DNA from: Octopus sinensis
Lineage: Eukaryota
NCBI RefSeq assembly: GCF_006345805.1
Contig: NC_042999.1
Coordinates: 76,012,001 to 76,076,000, forward strand
Direction: 5' to 3'
Length of the DNA: 64,000 nucleotides
The notes under the pieces are model-generated. The model saw nothing but the letters and a program-made list of their open reading frames with translations, was not told where the DNA came from and did not search any database. This document shows, one piece after another, positions 38,321 to 52,133 of the stretch. A program made the translations under genes and the position numbers. Position 1 is the stretch's first letter. Each line of letters opens with the position of its first letter.

Positions 38321-41300
38321 GCGAGGGAATCGGTGAGGGTGATCGACATGTCGTCAGAATTAGTAGTTAGTCGTGGCTGTTTTGTGTTAAGAGGAAGTAG
38401 ACATATTAATCGCTCCTGGAATTGAGAAAACTATGCAAGAATACTGGTTCCTGATAGCTATCGAATCCTCGATCAAAACCGAATCAGAACATCTGGAAAG
38501 CATTCCTGATTTGATTTAGCTACAAAATCATACAGTTATTTGTGTTAATGGAAGGACAGGCGTCTAGGTGCCAACCTGTACAGAATAGTCGTTAAATCAG
38601 GGAAGATATGGTCTGCAACCAATAACACAACTCCAACAGTAGAAACTACAAAAGCAAAAGGAAGGATGAACCGAAATATGACACTACCACTATTTCACCA
38701 ATATTTCATGCAAATATCGTGAGGCGGCTGAAGGTGATGGAACCTTTGTGACTACAACTTTTATTCACACTACGATTTATCTGTCGAGTAACATCAATTC
38801 CGGTGCCACGAAAGAGGAACACTTTACACACTTCACCTACAACATAAATTACAACCACCGGCAACATAAATTAGTAGAGGGAACTACCCTTCAAACATCA
38901 TAAACATCGTACATACAAACATCATAGACATTTTCATATACATTCTTTTACCCTTCTTCTGACTCTTCTCTCTCCGGCTCTGTCAAACAATAACAATGAG
39001 AATAATGGAGTATGGCAATACCTCCTTAGGGTGGAAATGGAATAAGAAGCAACAAGCGCGAAAACATGAGAGGTGATGTGCGTCGATACATCAAATCCCT
39101 ACATAACAGTAATTGACAAAAATAACAATTAAACCTGAAAAGTACACAATAATGATAATTATAATAATAAATTCTCAAGCACTAAAAGAGCCGCAGCAAA
39201 ATGAAAAGAAAGAAAGACATACTGTAAAACCTCAGCTACAATGAAAATATCAATAAAAGTAAAAGTGAGGAACAAAGGCATCCCAAGAATCATAGCAAAA
39301 ACTAAGACGTAATAAATAATATTAAATCTGCAACCAAAACAGCAGCATGCAACAATATAAATTCAAAGAAAAAGAAAACTCAAACAAGAACAAGAATAAA
39401 TAGCAGTGTATACAGAGAGAAAATTTTTAACCGCATTTCTGCAAGACAGAAGAAAGCTGAGGTGCTGTGGGACGTGGGGGAAAAATCCAAGTATAAAACA
39501 CAAAGGAAAAGAGTGGAACGTCTTCTAAAAGTCTCGATAAGTATCTTTAAAACGCAACAACCGACAGTCTCCTGGCAAGAGCAGCGTCGGATTTCTAAAA
39601 CCATTCACCGAACTCGTTCGCAAGTAGGCTATGGAAACTTCCAGAAAGTATGTTAGTGCATATTTGCGTATGCCTATGAGTACCTATGAGAGGTTCCTTT
39701 CAGATTTATTTAAGTTCTACTTAATGAAGTTTAAGCTGTTTTGATTTAGTGTGTGCTTATATGCACCTGCACGTATGTTCTATGTTCTGGTCTCTTTAGT
39801 AGACTTTTGTGCGTACGCGCATGCGCATAATTACTTTTAATATATGTGTGTATGTATTCATTGGAAGAATCTTAAAAGGAAGATTCCTTGGAATGTCATA
39901 CAAATATTTATTGAGTCGTTGAATAAAGTGAATATTGTAGTCGTGTATTAGATTCCTTGGGTTTTTCTTAGAAAACCTTAGCATTTCTGGGTTTTTGTAC
40001 AAATTTGTAGTTAAATAACAAAATAACCTGTATTGATAGATACAAATGAAAATCGGTAACCAGGCACAAGAGCTGTAAGTTCAGCTTTAGCTGACCAAAA
40101 GTGTTCCCTGAAATTTTCATGGTGCGTTCAGAATTGGGTGGTTGACCACTATAACGATGCGCAACTTTTGTTCTCTGTCCCACAGAACAATATCAAACCT
40201 GCTTTTATTAAAATATTCCAACAATATTCTTTGTTTTTAAAGGTTTACACACATTCTAGTTTTGACATGCTTTTGATGCATCCCTAAGGGCAGTCTTTTC
40301 TGCGGTTAGAATTGTAAGTAGATTTTGCCAATATATCGTGTTGAACAGGTAGGTAAATGGATATATGTACACGCACGCGCGCGCGCACACTCACACACAC
40401 ACATTCACTAACGTATTAACTGAATGGAAAATTAAGTTTTACTCCACTGCTTTCCCAAATTGAACGGTTGACTTTTTCATAAACACTATACTTATTGTTA
40501 AATGCGGAAATCGGAGTAGCGATAAAACGACGCTTCAACTTGCAGTTAATGGATAAATTTAATTCTACCTGTATTAAGCACGCTCAAGACACACGTAGAC
40601 ACAAACACACACACACACATACACACCTCTACCCAGAGAGACAGACTGATCGGAAGATAGACACACACACACGTATATATAAGCGTAAATATTTGCGTCA
40701 CTGTAAATATACATTTGAATGTGTCTGCGTGCGTGTACATCTATGTATGTATGCATGTATGTAAACCTATTCATTCGGACATTTCGCAACACACAACGTA
40801 CATATTTATACATAGCATCTATACAGCATATGGTTTATTTATACGTACAATAAAACTATAAAAAAATAACCTTTCGATACATATGCATACTCCTACATAT
40901 ACAGCTTCAATGCATTTATGACTATACATATTCACACACATTCATTTAGTCAGAGATAGAAATGTAAACTACAAGAAATACTAAGAGATAGCCTCACCAA
41001 GAATCCACTCAGTATAATATGATTAACTTTGAATGCAACATTCCTATATTAAATGGAAGTAATAAGCTCACCATACATTATAACTGGCACTGATGATAAT
41101 AAAAATAGGACGTTATCAAACATTGCATCGTTATTTTCAAAGAGTGAGCTGGTACCGCAACTTAGGTTTCTGACTGATTGTTTTCGTGTGGTCATTGATT
41201 TTTGGTTCTAAACAAAAACACTTTCCTAATAACTATTTATCTCTCTCTTTTTCTCACTCTCTCTCTCTCTCTCTCTCTCTTTCCTTCTCTTTCTCTCTTA

Positions 41301-41494
41301 TTGTTGCCACACTTTAGATCTAATTACTCTTAAAGGTTTCTCGTTCAAAGAATCCGATATGTTTTTATGTAATTTCATCTAAAATGTTTAGCCACAGAGC
41401 AGGAAATGAGAATTTGTTTTTTCCTCATATATTGTAATCATGACAATATAAAAAAGGTGCACACACATACACACACATATATATGTAACTTCAT

Positions 41495-41595
<101 letters not shown>

Positions 41596-43056
41596 CGTTT
41601 TGCTTTATTATTATTGTGTTTTTTATTTCTTTTGATATGTTTATTAATATATACAATATTGTACTGCAGTTCATAACGGGGTTAGAGTAATTGGTAGTTG
41701 ATAGCTTTTGTTTAATATGATCGCTATAAACAACTGGAAGGAGAGCAAAGAAATCATTTAGGAGTGTTGTAGATTACAAAAGGGAAGAACAATGTCCAAA
41801 ATACCTTATATTATTTAGTAACGTCCCTCTACTCATGAATTGAGGTGGGTGATGTTTGACTTTCAACTTTCCAGGGCTGATAAAATAATTGCTTAAGTAC
41901 TGGTGTCGATATTATCGACTTCCCCATTACCTCATATCTGTAACCTTGTGCCTGCCTTAGAAATCATAAGTAGTATTGAATGGATAGGTACATATCAATC
42001 GAGGGCAGATTGATAAAGCCTTGGACAGAATGCTTTCTGAAATATCATTGCATACAATTCTCATTTCAGTTGAAATAAAATAGCTTTTCTGTCCTCTAGA
42101 CTTTGTGTGCTGCAACTAATATGATCCACAATGTGAATCCATTTGAACCATTTGAACGTCAACGAGCCATTTGAACGTCAGAAAAATTGCTCTGTGGTAC
42201 TTATTCCAGCCATTTACGTTTTTATTTCAAATCTGAGGTCAACAGATTTCTAACACGACATATTCGTAATCATTCAAAGATCGGCAAGAGAAACTCAGAG
42301 TAACGTTTTATGAAGAATCAGCTTCCAACAGATTGTTTCTCTCTTGTTAATATATGTATCCAATCCATACGTATATATATATATATATATATATGTATTT
42401 CTTTATACACATACACACACACTCCACATTCACTTCTACGTAAATATGTGTGTACGCCCGGGTGTGTGTGTGTGTGTGTATGTGACAGACAGAGAGGGTG
42501 GAGTGTGTGAAAACATCTTTCTTTGAACAAAACGAACACTATACAGTTGTTGCAAAAGAAATATCAGTTGTGCAGTGTTTAAACGGCATTTTAAGATAAC
42601 AACAGCAGACGAAACAAGTGAGAATGTCTAAAATATTAAGATAAACCGAATGAAAGACTTCAGTTCTTCGATATATCAATACGGCAAAGATGTTTCTGTA
42701 CAGACTTCATACCAATTGCAAGTATTTATTGAACATTAAGCTGGTATTATCTGAAGATTAAGTAGATTTTATGTAGAGATTAGAGCGTTGTAGCGTGATA
42801 CTCATCATGAAATATAATATTTTCTTAATGTCCTTTGGGAAATTTTCCTAAAGGATTCTGCCATGTCCTTTTATATAAAGGAATAAGACGCATCTACGTT
42901 GCGCGTGTAATATCAATATATTGCATAGATTAACTTTGAACCTTATAACTATCGCATGGCGAATGTTTAAAGGGTTTATCTAGGGATACAAACAGTGAAC
43001 TCTAAATTGGGATTTCAGCAAAGCAAGTAAAGATATTGATCAATCTAACAGAATGA

Positions 43057-43142
<86 letters not shown>

Positions 43143-43143
43143 C

Positions 43144-43184
<41 letters not shown>

Positions 43185-45376
43185 CAAATAGGAAACCTTT
43201 TTGTTTGTTTTTTTACTTTTTTCTACTTTGCTTTGCATCCAAGCAATGCCATCGATCAATATAATCAATATCATTGATTGTTAAGTGTACTTATTTGAAA
43301 TGAGGGAAAATGATGTCTTTGTACCCAGAGAAATTGACGTCTTCCCACTTGGTACTAATATCCTATATAATTTAAGGGCCGAGAGACTGCTTTTATGAAA
43401 GCAAATACATTTTTGAGGTGCATTAGGAATGTAGCTCAAATGAAATACTATTAACCGGCTATTGAAAACTGCTTTCAAAATACTTTTTCTTTTGTTTACA
43501 TCATTCATTCATATCTATTAATATTAAGATATTTAAGCCTAACTTAGAACACTTATATCAGACATCACATAAAATGCAAAGCTGAGCGTTAGTAGGAAAA
43601 CGGTATATCTGCTGGAGGAGAAAACACGTTAGAGCGTTCCTTATATTTATATTATTGTATTTTCCATAAGAGGAAGAATTTACGATCGGTAGATTAAATG
43701 GCTGACAATTCATTTCGCACTGATGTCAAATTTTCCTTTTTTTCCCCCTTCTGGGATCGATAAAATAACTATCGCGCATGTGCAGAAATCTTTTTAATCG
43801 ACTAGTTCTTTATAGCTATCTGACTATGATGATAGAATTCATCTCTAAGAAGAGTCACACGAGATATAAACGATCAAAATAGATTATGATAGTTATGATT
43901 CCCCGAAATGCGTCGCCCTTCTTCACTATTTCCAATATTTCGATAATTTAGAAATCGTTCTTCCCATTACCATATTCTTTTTTTATTGTTGTTTATTATA
44001 AATATATAAAGCTCAAATTTATACTGCCATTAAAACGCGTGGCATTCTTCTCCACCATCATCACCACCTCCTCTTCTTCTTCTTCTTCTTCTTCTTCTCC
44101 TTCATATTCTTCTTCTTCTTCATCTTGTTGTTGTTGTTGTTCTTCTTCTTCTTCTTCTTTTTCTTCTTCTTCATCTTGTTGTTGTTGTTGTTGTTGTTCT
44201 TCTTCTTCTTCTTCTTCTCGTTCTTTCTTTTTGAATTATTACTTAACACAATATCAATGGCCTTACGGAAATACTATAGACCAGACTTCATACATATTGT
44301 AGTTAGGTATTTTAGCTGCTATGTTCGAATGCTTTGAAATGAATGTGCTTTCATGTCATCGATATTCATAAAATTAAGTAGCCAGCAAATATGACAATTC
44401 TACGGCAATGTAAAATATATCCTAAACCCCCTTCGTTGTCATCATCATCATCGTCATCATCATTCATTTACTGCTAATCCTCCACATCATCATATTCTTC
44501 ACCTATTTTCCATTCTCCTAACTTACCCTCGTCAACATCATCGCCGCCACAACCCTCACTAACGCCACTACCACCAACATAGCTACTGCCACCATCACCA
44601 CTTCTTTCTCCCCCTTCTCCTCTTGTTCATCATCATCACCGTCATCATGAACATTTAATGTGTTATTGAATCTCACCTAAATATATTAAATATTAATGAT
44701 ATCAGTTATATATTAATGATATCTAATCTTTACAATAGGCGTACGTTACACATAGTGTATATTTAAAGCTACTTGGACTCGGGTCCTGAAAGTCAAGTCC
44801 CATTCTTGATTAATACCACGCTCCATTGGGGGCTTGAAATTATATATATATAATTATGTATACGCTTCTTATTGTTTGGCCCCCATTTATCTATTCTTGT
44901 TTCTGGCAGTGTGTATATATAAAAAAAAGTACTTTATTCAAAGAGTAGAGTTTCTTTTCAATAGGTCAGCATGTCATTTCAAAGAACTTGACTACTATTT
45001 CTAGTACGATTATTGAGCTCCTTGTTAGGTGTGTTCAATTTATACAAGTGTTGTTTTATTTTTATCCCCATCTCAAAAATCATCTTGCGGATCTATGATC
45101 AAAAATGATCCGATTTATTTGCTATATGTTTGTTGGGTGCCTAGAACTTATATTGCCCAACATTTCATTTTTAAGACACACAGTGTGATCTAAAGGAAAT
45201 GTGTCGGCAACTTCAAACAGTACAATGGACCATTCTGGAAATCCTTGATGTTCTCTAAATTGTGGCAAGTTGTTTCTGATGTTAATCACTGAATAAATGG
45301 CTGTATAGTTGACATCTTTTCTTTTAGCTGATAATTGACAGTGAAAACAAAACAAAAACAAAAAAAAGAAGAAAAT

Positions 45377-45419
<43 letters not shown>

Positions 45420-45558
45420 AAGAGAGAGAGAAAACAACTAAGCAGATGTTTATGAGGGCCAATAGATCAGTTCCGTTGAATCAAACACACACACATTGTG
45501 TGCGCGCGTGTGTGCGCGCGCAAGCCAGTGTATGGATGTATGTGTAGTTATATATATA

Positions 45559-45690
45559 GGTGAGCAAAAAGTGTATGTACGCCGCTATATGTAGATATAA
45601 ATAAAAAAAAATGGAATAAGAACGTAACGGACGTCAATAAAAACATACGGACAGGAAAAGACAAGGACGGATCATTTGCGGCCTTCTATT
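45559..45690. repeat. Direct repeat copy 1 (copy 2 at 46477-46628; diverged inverted relative near 33045-33120)
   Basis: GGTGAGCAAAAAGTG..GTACGC.GCTATATGTA..ATGGAATAA.AACGTAACGGA.GTCAATAAAAACATACGG..ACAGGAAAA..CAAGGACG..CTTCTATT at both loci. Confidence 0.85.
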
Positions 45691-46023
45691 GAATCAATTT
45701 TCCAAATTATCATTACACTTGAGACTGTACAAAATCGGTAGGCGCTGGAGAGTTTGAATACTGCAAAATCAGTTCATTTGCATAAATGTCCATTACGTAA
45801 TGCCTACAATCGTTTCAATATCTACCTTCGTTTATTTTACAATTAACAATTTGCATTATGAACTCAGAAAGCAGAAATCTCTTCAAGGCCACAATCGGCA
45901 TATTTATTTTTACATCCTAATAGATTGAGTGATCCTTAATGACTAAGATAACAGCATGCGTTTTTTTCTCTTTTGTGAGTGTGTGAGCATTTTCGCCTTT
46001 AAGCTTAATTGTCGTATGTCTTC

Positions 46024-46056
<33 letters not shown>

Positions 46057-46667
46057 AGTTCTGCTCTAAAAATAGCCCAAATTTGAAGCAGGGCATTGGC
46101 TAGCTGATGTCTTGGAGAATTTAGGTTAAATACTACCATACCCTAAAGTAATTTATATTGGTTTTTAGAGTCGGGATATTGTTTTACTCTCTACCTACTT
46201 GTCGAAGAAAAAACTATATAATATATATATCTATATATTTATTTATTTCTAGTATCCAAATCTAATTATTTTATTTCAATTTATATTTATAATTACGCTT
46301 GGAGAATTTTCATTTAATTTCATAATTTAATATGTTTTATTTTCTAGGTTTATTAATTTTCTTAGTTTAGAGTTAATATATTTTTTTTTACTAATTGTAT
46401 ATATTTCAATAGGAGTTTGATTTTTCATGCATCACGTGTACAGGGCTAGATTTTAACAAGTGGTTTTCTTACCATTGGTGAGCAAAAAGTGAAAGTACGC
46501 TGCTATATGTATATATGAATCCAAATAATGGAATAAAAACGTAACGGAGGTCAATAAAAACATACGGGCAGATAGACGATAGAAAGACGGACAGGAAAAA
46601 CAAGGACGATAATTCGCAGGCTTCTATTCACTATAATATTTGTTTCACTATAAGATTTGTCCCTTCA

Positions 46668-47272
46668 CATCTTTTATCTTACATCTTTTAGTGGTTTCAG
46701 CCCAGGGCTGAGGTCATCTAGTGCACCACCTGTAGTTACTCAGTGATGTTTCCGGTATTGTTTTTAGTGAAGTAGTGAGTTGGACGGAGCTGCTCTTCTT
46801 TGCGTCTCCTGCCGCGATGTGGGTTCATCTGGTATCTCAAATAGAAACCTGTCCAGACGTTCCTTGAAGACATCCACATCAACACTATGTTGATCTCTAA
46901 GATTGCCTGGAAGGATGTTGAACAATTGCGGGCCATTCAAACCCAGACGATTGCAGTATTGTGTCCTTATTGTAAATAGGGAAGACGGGATTTTGGTATG
47001 ATGCAGTGCCGTCCGGTTCGAGGATTGGTATAGCTGTCACTTCCAAAATTAGGCGCTAAAACCTCGAAGATCATCCAGATATATATCACTGCATATCTCT
47101 CACGTCTTCTCTCCGGGGAATAGAGATTCAGCTCCTTTAGCCTCTCCCAGTAGCCCATCTTTTGCATCGAATCAATCTTCTTAGTGCATTGGCACTGGAT
47201 TGCTTCGAGTTACACAGTTTGTTTCACACTCTCTGGAGACCATAGTTGGGAGTAGTAATACAGGGGGCTGAG
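46668..47272 (-). mobile_element. CR1/L2-group LINE 3' fragment with intact 3'UTR
   Basis: YYSQLWSP..LEAIQ..GYWERLKELNLYSPERRRERY..RTGRHC..GPQLFNILP..FKERLDRFL..IPDEP..AAPSNSL; tail GGTGGTGCACTAGATGACCTCAGCC..CTGAAACCACTAAAAGAT. Confidence 0.88.
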
Positions 47273-48580
47273 AACATGAATTGAATTAAATTTAAATGTT
47301 GAAGTGAGAAACTAACTGTTATTTTTGTGTTCTTGAGAATGGCTTATAAACGTCTTCCATGCAACAATTGTGTTTGTTTCAGCATACGATCTTAGAACAA
47401 GTCACTTGCTATGCAAGTACATCTCCGTAATTTTTTTAAATCACTGTGGATAAATGCCAGCAGTGACCTTCTCAGACTCTCCAATATTTTCAATATTTTA
47501 ATTTCGAAACAGAAACAATCGGGTGCAGGGAGTGGGGTTGCAAAAAATTCATAATTTCTCAAATTTTCCTTTTTATAGCATAAAAAATGTATTTATACGG
47601 GAAAATATTGAAAAACATCAATACATGCGAGAGAAACGACGAGGGTTGTCTTTGGATGTGCTAGAAACAACAGCCAAATCGCCCTTAAATCAACCACTTT
47701 CTCCTCTGAAAATATTGGTATTTTCTGGGGTTTTTTTTTTTTTACCGAAAATGCTTTTCCCGTGGTTTTGAAGTGCAAAAAAAGAAAATTGGCCAACATA
47801 GGTCCGGAGTGGGATGGTGAGGGAGAGGGCGTTGTAAAAGAACAGAGTTTTCAAAACTCTTTTCAGACTAAGATGCCCCACCCAACGAAAGTTCACAGAA
47901 TTCTTTATAATCGTAGTCCATGCCGTTTGGGATTTGCATAGATTTTCATTAAAAGGTACCCATTTTCCTGAATGATATGAGGGGAAAAGCCTGATCGTGT
48001 GAATTTTCTAAATCTCCTCTCTCCATCCCCTCGGAAAAAGTCTTTCTCACAAATCCCTAAATACTCTGAACCCACAACATCTAAGCGGTATTTGTAGAAA
48101 ATTTTGTTAAAAAGTATCCATTTTTCTGGATGTTATGAGGTAACAAATATCGGGAGTGTATACATCTGTAGTAATGCTTTTTATTTATACGATTTTTCAT
48201 TTCATGTTTATTTCATTCATTGTTTTCAGTGGCCTCTCCGCCACCCCTCTCTCTCTCACACACACTGCAAAGCTTAGAGATGGGAAGCTGAATTGAAATC
48301 TGAATGTTGTTTTGAGGGGAAGGTAAAATTTGTCGAATTGCTTTCTCTCTCTATTGTTGGACTATCGTGATGTTTGCTTAAAAGAGATTATGACTGTGAT
48401 AAATTGATGAAAGCAATATTTACTCAGCAAGTGAGCACTATTGTACAAGGAAATAATTAGACGTAAAATATAAAAATTGTTATTAGAATTGGGCATCAAA
48501 AGCGAAAATATTATCAAGGGGCTAGTAGAAAACCGCCCAGAGGGCGATCTTTCTGCTAGTAAACAGACAGACAGACAAAC

Positions 48581-48691
<111 letters not shown>

Positions 48692-49146
48692 TTATTATAT
48701 TTATGTATATATACATATAAGTACACATTCATGTATGCACGCACATACATACACTCGCTCACAAATTTTTAAAAGTATTTATTTAGGGGATCGATATACA
48801 TACACGCACAAATACGCACATCATTTATTTAGAAAAAGAGTGATATTTTACTTTGCTGTTTAGCATTCATAATTGAGGCCGTAATTGAAGACAAAGTGTA
48901 TCCAGACATAAGTTAGTTTTAAAGTAATTTATAATTCATAGAGTTTGAAATAACTGGTGGGGAAATTACAACAAATTATAGCTGATTATTTTGTCAACAT
49001 TAAGTCTATATGATAATGTCATAAACGATGCCGGTAACTGTCTGTCTGTCAAGGCAGTAAACAGTCATTAGCCTGATTAAAATTGTCTCTTTATTGCCGT
49101 GTGCTATTTTAATCATAACCTAGAGCTGTTATGAGAGATTTCGATC

Positions 49147-49181
<35 letters not shown>

Positions 49182-50169
49182 TCTTGTAATTCTTATTTAT
49201 CTATTAGCATTATTATTAGTGTTACTATTTGTGTTGTAGTTGGTTGTGTTAGTTGAACATATTTCGTCTAGTTCGCCTATGTATTGTAAGTTTTGTATCT
49301 GAAATTACGTGAAAAACGGGTTTTAAATCGGAACATCCAAAGAAAAGCATAGATATTTTAAGTTTCGCCTCCTTTTAAAGAAATATTTTCTTTTCTAATA
49401 GTCGTCACTAAACAAAATAGCTACACCATTTATATATCCTACTAATAAAATCAACTCTAAGAAAATCGCACAAAAACACACACTTTTTACGACAATAAAC
49501 AAAAAATAAATACAAAGAAAATATTTCCAATTCATCAGCAGAATACATTTTTTTTCTTAACAGACAGAAAGAATTGATAATTGTCAGACAGAATATAACA
49601 TCATTTTAAACAATGTAAACATCATAAGGATAATAGCAACAATAATGATCACTCACACACTATCACGCACACACATACGGTCACGAACATACAAATACTA
49701 ACAGGCACATGCTTTAAGCACAGCACATAAATGAATGGAGAATGCTGAATTAAGAAACAGGTAAAGCGTTTGCAGTCTTCTTTGTTTTGCTGGGGTTACC
49801 TAAAACAGACGACTCCTATATATCTATGATCAAGCAGAGTAAAACGTCTGCCGAAAAGAACTGTTGGATAAATAGATGTGCATCCAAAGAAACTGGCATT
49901 ACAGACATTTGATAACAGCATCTGCAACATTCTCACATACACATATTGTTCACCAAAACAGTTTCGAATGCAGATCAGACCCTATTGTTCATAACTGTAC
50001 TATCAAGTAAACAAAGTATTTCGTGGAACATTGTATTACGAAAACAAGCGCCAAGTGTTCTTGTGTCAGAGCTATTAGCGAGAAACGAAGAAAAGGAAAA
50101 ATAATTCCCACATGCTTTGTCAAATCTACAAGCGATTTTCTTGCGCAACCAAAGGAACAATTGGAAGCA

Positions 50170-50240
50170 GACCTAGCAATTATATAGGATCCAATTGCTT
50201 TCATTGGGAGAAGCAGGTCATATAGAATGATATCCTTTCC
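50170..50240 (+). mobile_element. Possible decayed gag zinc-knuckle remnant
   Basis: TGCTTTCATTGGGAGAAGCAGGTCATATA gives CFH...GHI after allowing one indel; no other support. Confidence 0.2.
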
Positions 50241-51055
50241 TTTACAGTCAAGTTTAGATAGGAATGGCAGAGTGGAGAGGTGTGGACAACCTCACCCTTA
50301 TATATTTGGAAAAAGGTGGGCGAATGTAGTGAGAATGACCAGAAGAGAGCGAATTACTTGCCACGATACTCCAGGTGAGTAGGGTAACTTAGGATCTATT
50401 GTATTCCTTGGTCGCTCATGGGTAGTTTTCTAGCCTGTTGGTGAATTTTGTGAATTTTGTTAGCTGTTATCCTTTTATTATTTACAGGTATTTATGTAAA
50501 TACCCATTGACTTTGTAGTGACCTAAATGGTTATTTTGCGCATGGCTTGGAAAGAAATGGAGGTGGGAGAGGGAAATGCTGCTGGCCAATAAATTTGTAA
50601 AAAGGTGGCTGACAGGGTAAATGAACATACTTTAAGCAAGCAGCGGTAGATTGGAGAATAACAGTTTGGCGAGGGACTGTGACACTTGTGGTCAAGGTGA
50701 ACCTGGACCTGTAGGCTTTCTTCAATGACCCTAATTGGAAATTTTCGGTATTAGAAGTACTGCATCAGTTATATGTTCTCACTCATTTCACCTTTCACCT
50801 TGCTTCCTCTCTATCATTTATGTAAAATCACAAACAATTTGTAAACATTCCTTCTAATGTCCCTCATACCTGACGCCCCTGTGGAAAATAAAAGTTGGAT
50901 GTTGAATGTATCCCACGATAATTAACAGCCAAGTATCAAAGCTTAAAATGTGCAGAAATAGACTCTCTGAGACCTCTGAGAACAGGCTACTGTCCGCTCT
51001 CTCAGAATCTACATGAGCAAACAAGACCGAGCGCTCGGAGAAGTAAATCGATACT

Positions 51056-51456
51056 AATAATCTTTTCTGCTAAAGGCACAAGGCCTGAAATTTGGTGGGG
51101 GGGGGGCAGTGAATTACATCAACCCCAGTGTTTCACTGGTACGTAATTTATTGACCATGAAAGGATGAAAGCAAAGTCGACCTCGATGTAATTTGAACTC
51201 AGAACGTAGCGACGGACGAAATACCTATTTCTTTACTACCCACAAGGGGCTAAAGACAGAGAGGACAAACAAGGACAGACAAACGGATTAACTCGATTAT
51301 ATCGACGCCAGTGCGTAACTGGTACTTATTTAATCGACCCCGAAAGGATGAAAGGCAAAGTCGACCTCGGCGGAATTTGAACTCAGAACGTAGCGACAGA
51401 CGAAATACAGGTAAGCATTTCGCTCGGCGCGCTAACGTTTCTGCCAGCTCGCCGCC
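51056..51456 (-). mobile_element. SINE A array: head + one 184-bp module + parent core/tail
   Basis: Head GGCGGCGAGCTGGCAG (51456 down); module 51409-51226; junction GTAAAGAAATA|GGTATTTCG; terminal core has parent variants CCAGTGAAACACTGGGG and the GGCCTTGTGCCTTTAGCAGAAAAG tail. Confidence 0.92.
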
Positions 51457-52091
51457 TAAATAATAATAATAAACCTTTCCGCTAAAGGCACAAGGCTTGA
51501 AACTTTGAGGGAGGGGACTAGTCGATTACTAGTGTTTCAATAATAATAACAACAATAATAATAGTAATAATAATAATAATTTTTTTCTCTTGTAGCTACA
51601 AGGCTTGAAATTTTGGGGGAGGGTGTTAGCTAATTACATCGATCCTTAGTCCTTCCGATATCGATGTACTAAAGTTCCAATCAAGTTGTAAAGTTGACGC
51701 ATTTAAATATACTCATCTTATTTTGAGGCTTTGTGTCAAGGTACAATTTATTATTATTATCATCTTTATTTTAATTTTTCATAATGGCAAGGTTTTACGT
51801 AACCAAACGATTTAATTTGCATCTTCCTAACCAAGACTAAGGATCATAATGTTGTCAATACCTTTTTTAAAATGATTATCAATATTGCCATATGGAATTA
51901 CTAATACAAAAATTGACTTAACAAAGATATATACCAGTTTGTGTAATTCAATCTTGTTTTAAACAGGCAACAATAAATTTGGCGGAGCCCCAACGATGCC
52001 ACAGCCTGTAGACTACAACGCGCAAGAGTAATAGGATATATGTAATATTAAATATTCTGTGTATCTAACATAGTTTCACACACACCACACA

Positions 52092-52133
<42 letters not shown>

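Noticed and set aside
38450-38490. CTGATAG-ctATCGAatccTCGAT-CAAAAC as a degenerate hammerhead
   Set aside because: Too many core changes and no stem I or III.
39150-39560. Additional R4/Dong fossil
   Set aside because: A-rich with only faint motif echoes; not enough to call.
47520-48190. Possible Helitron-like element
   Set aside because: Only a vague terminal resemblance; no 3' hairpin-CTRR end found.
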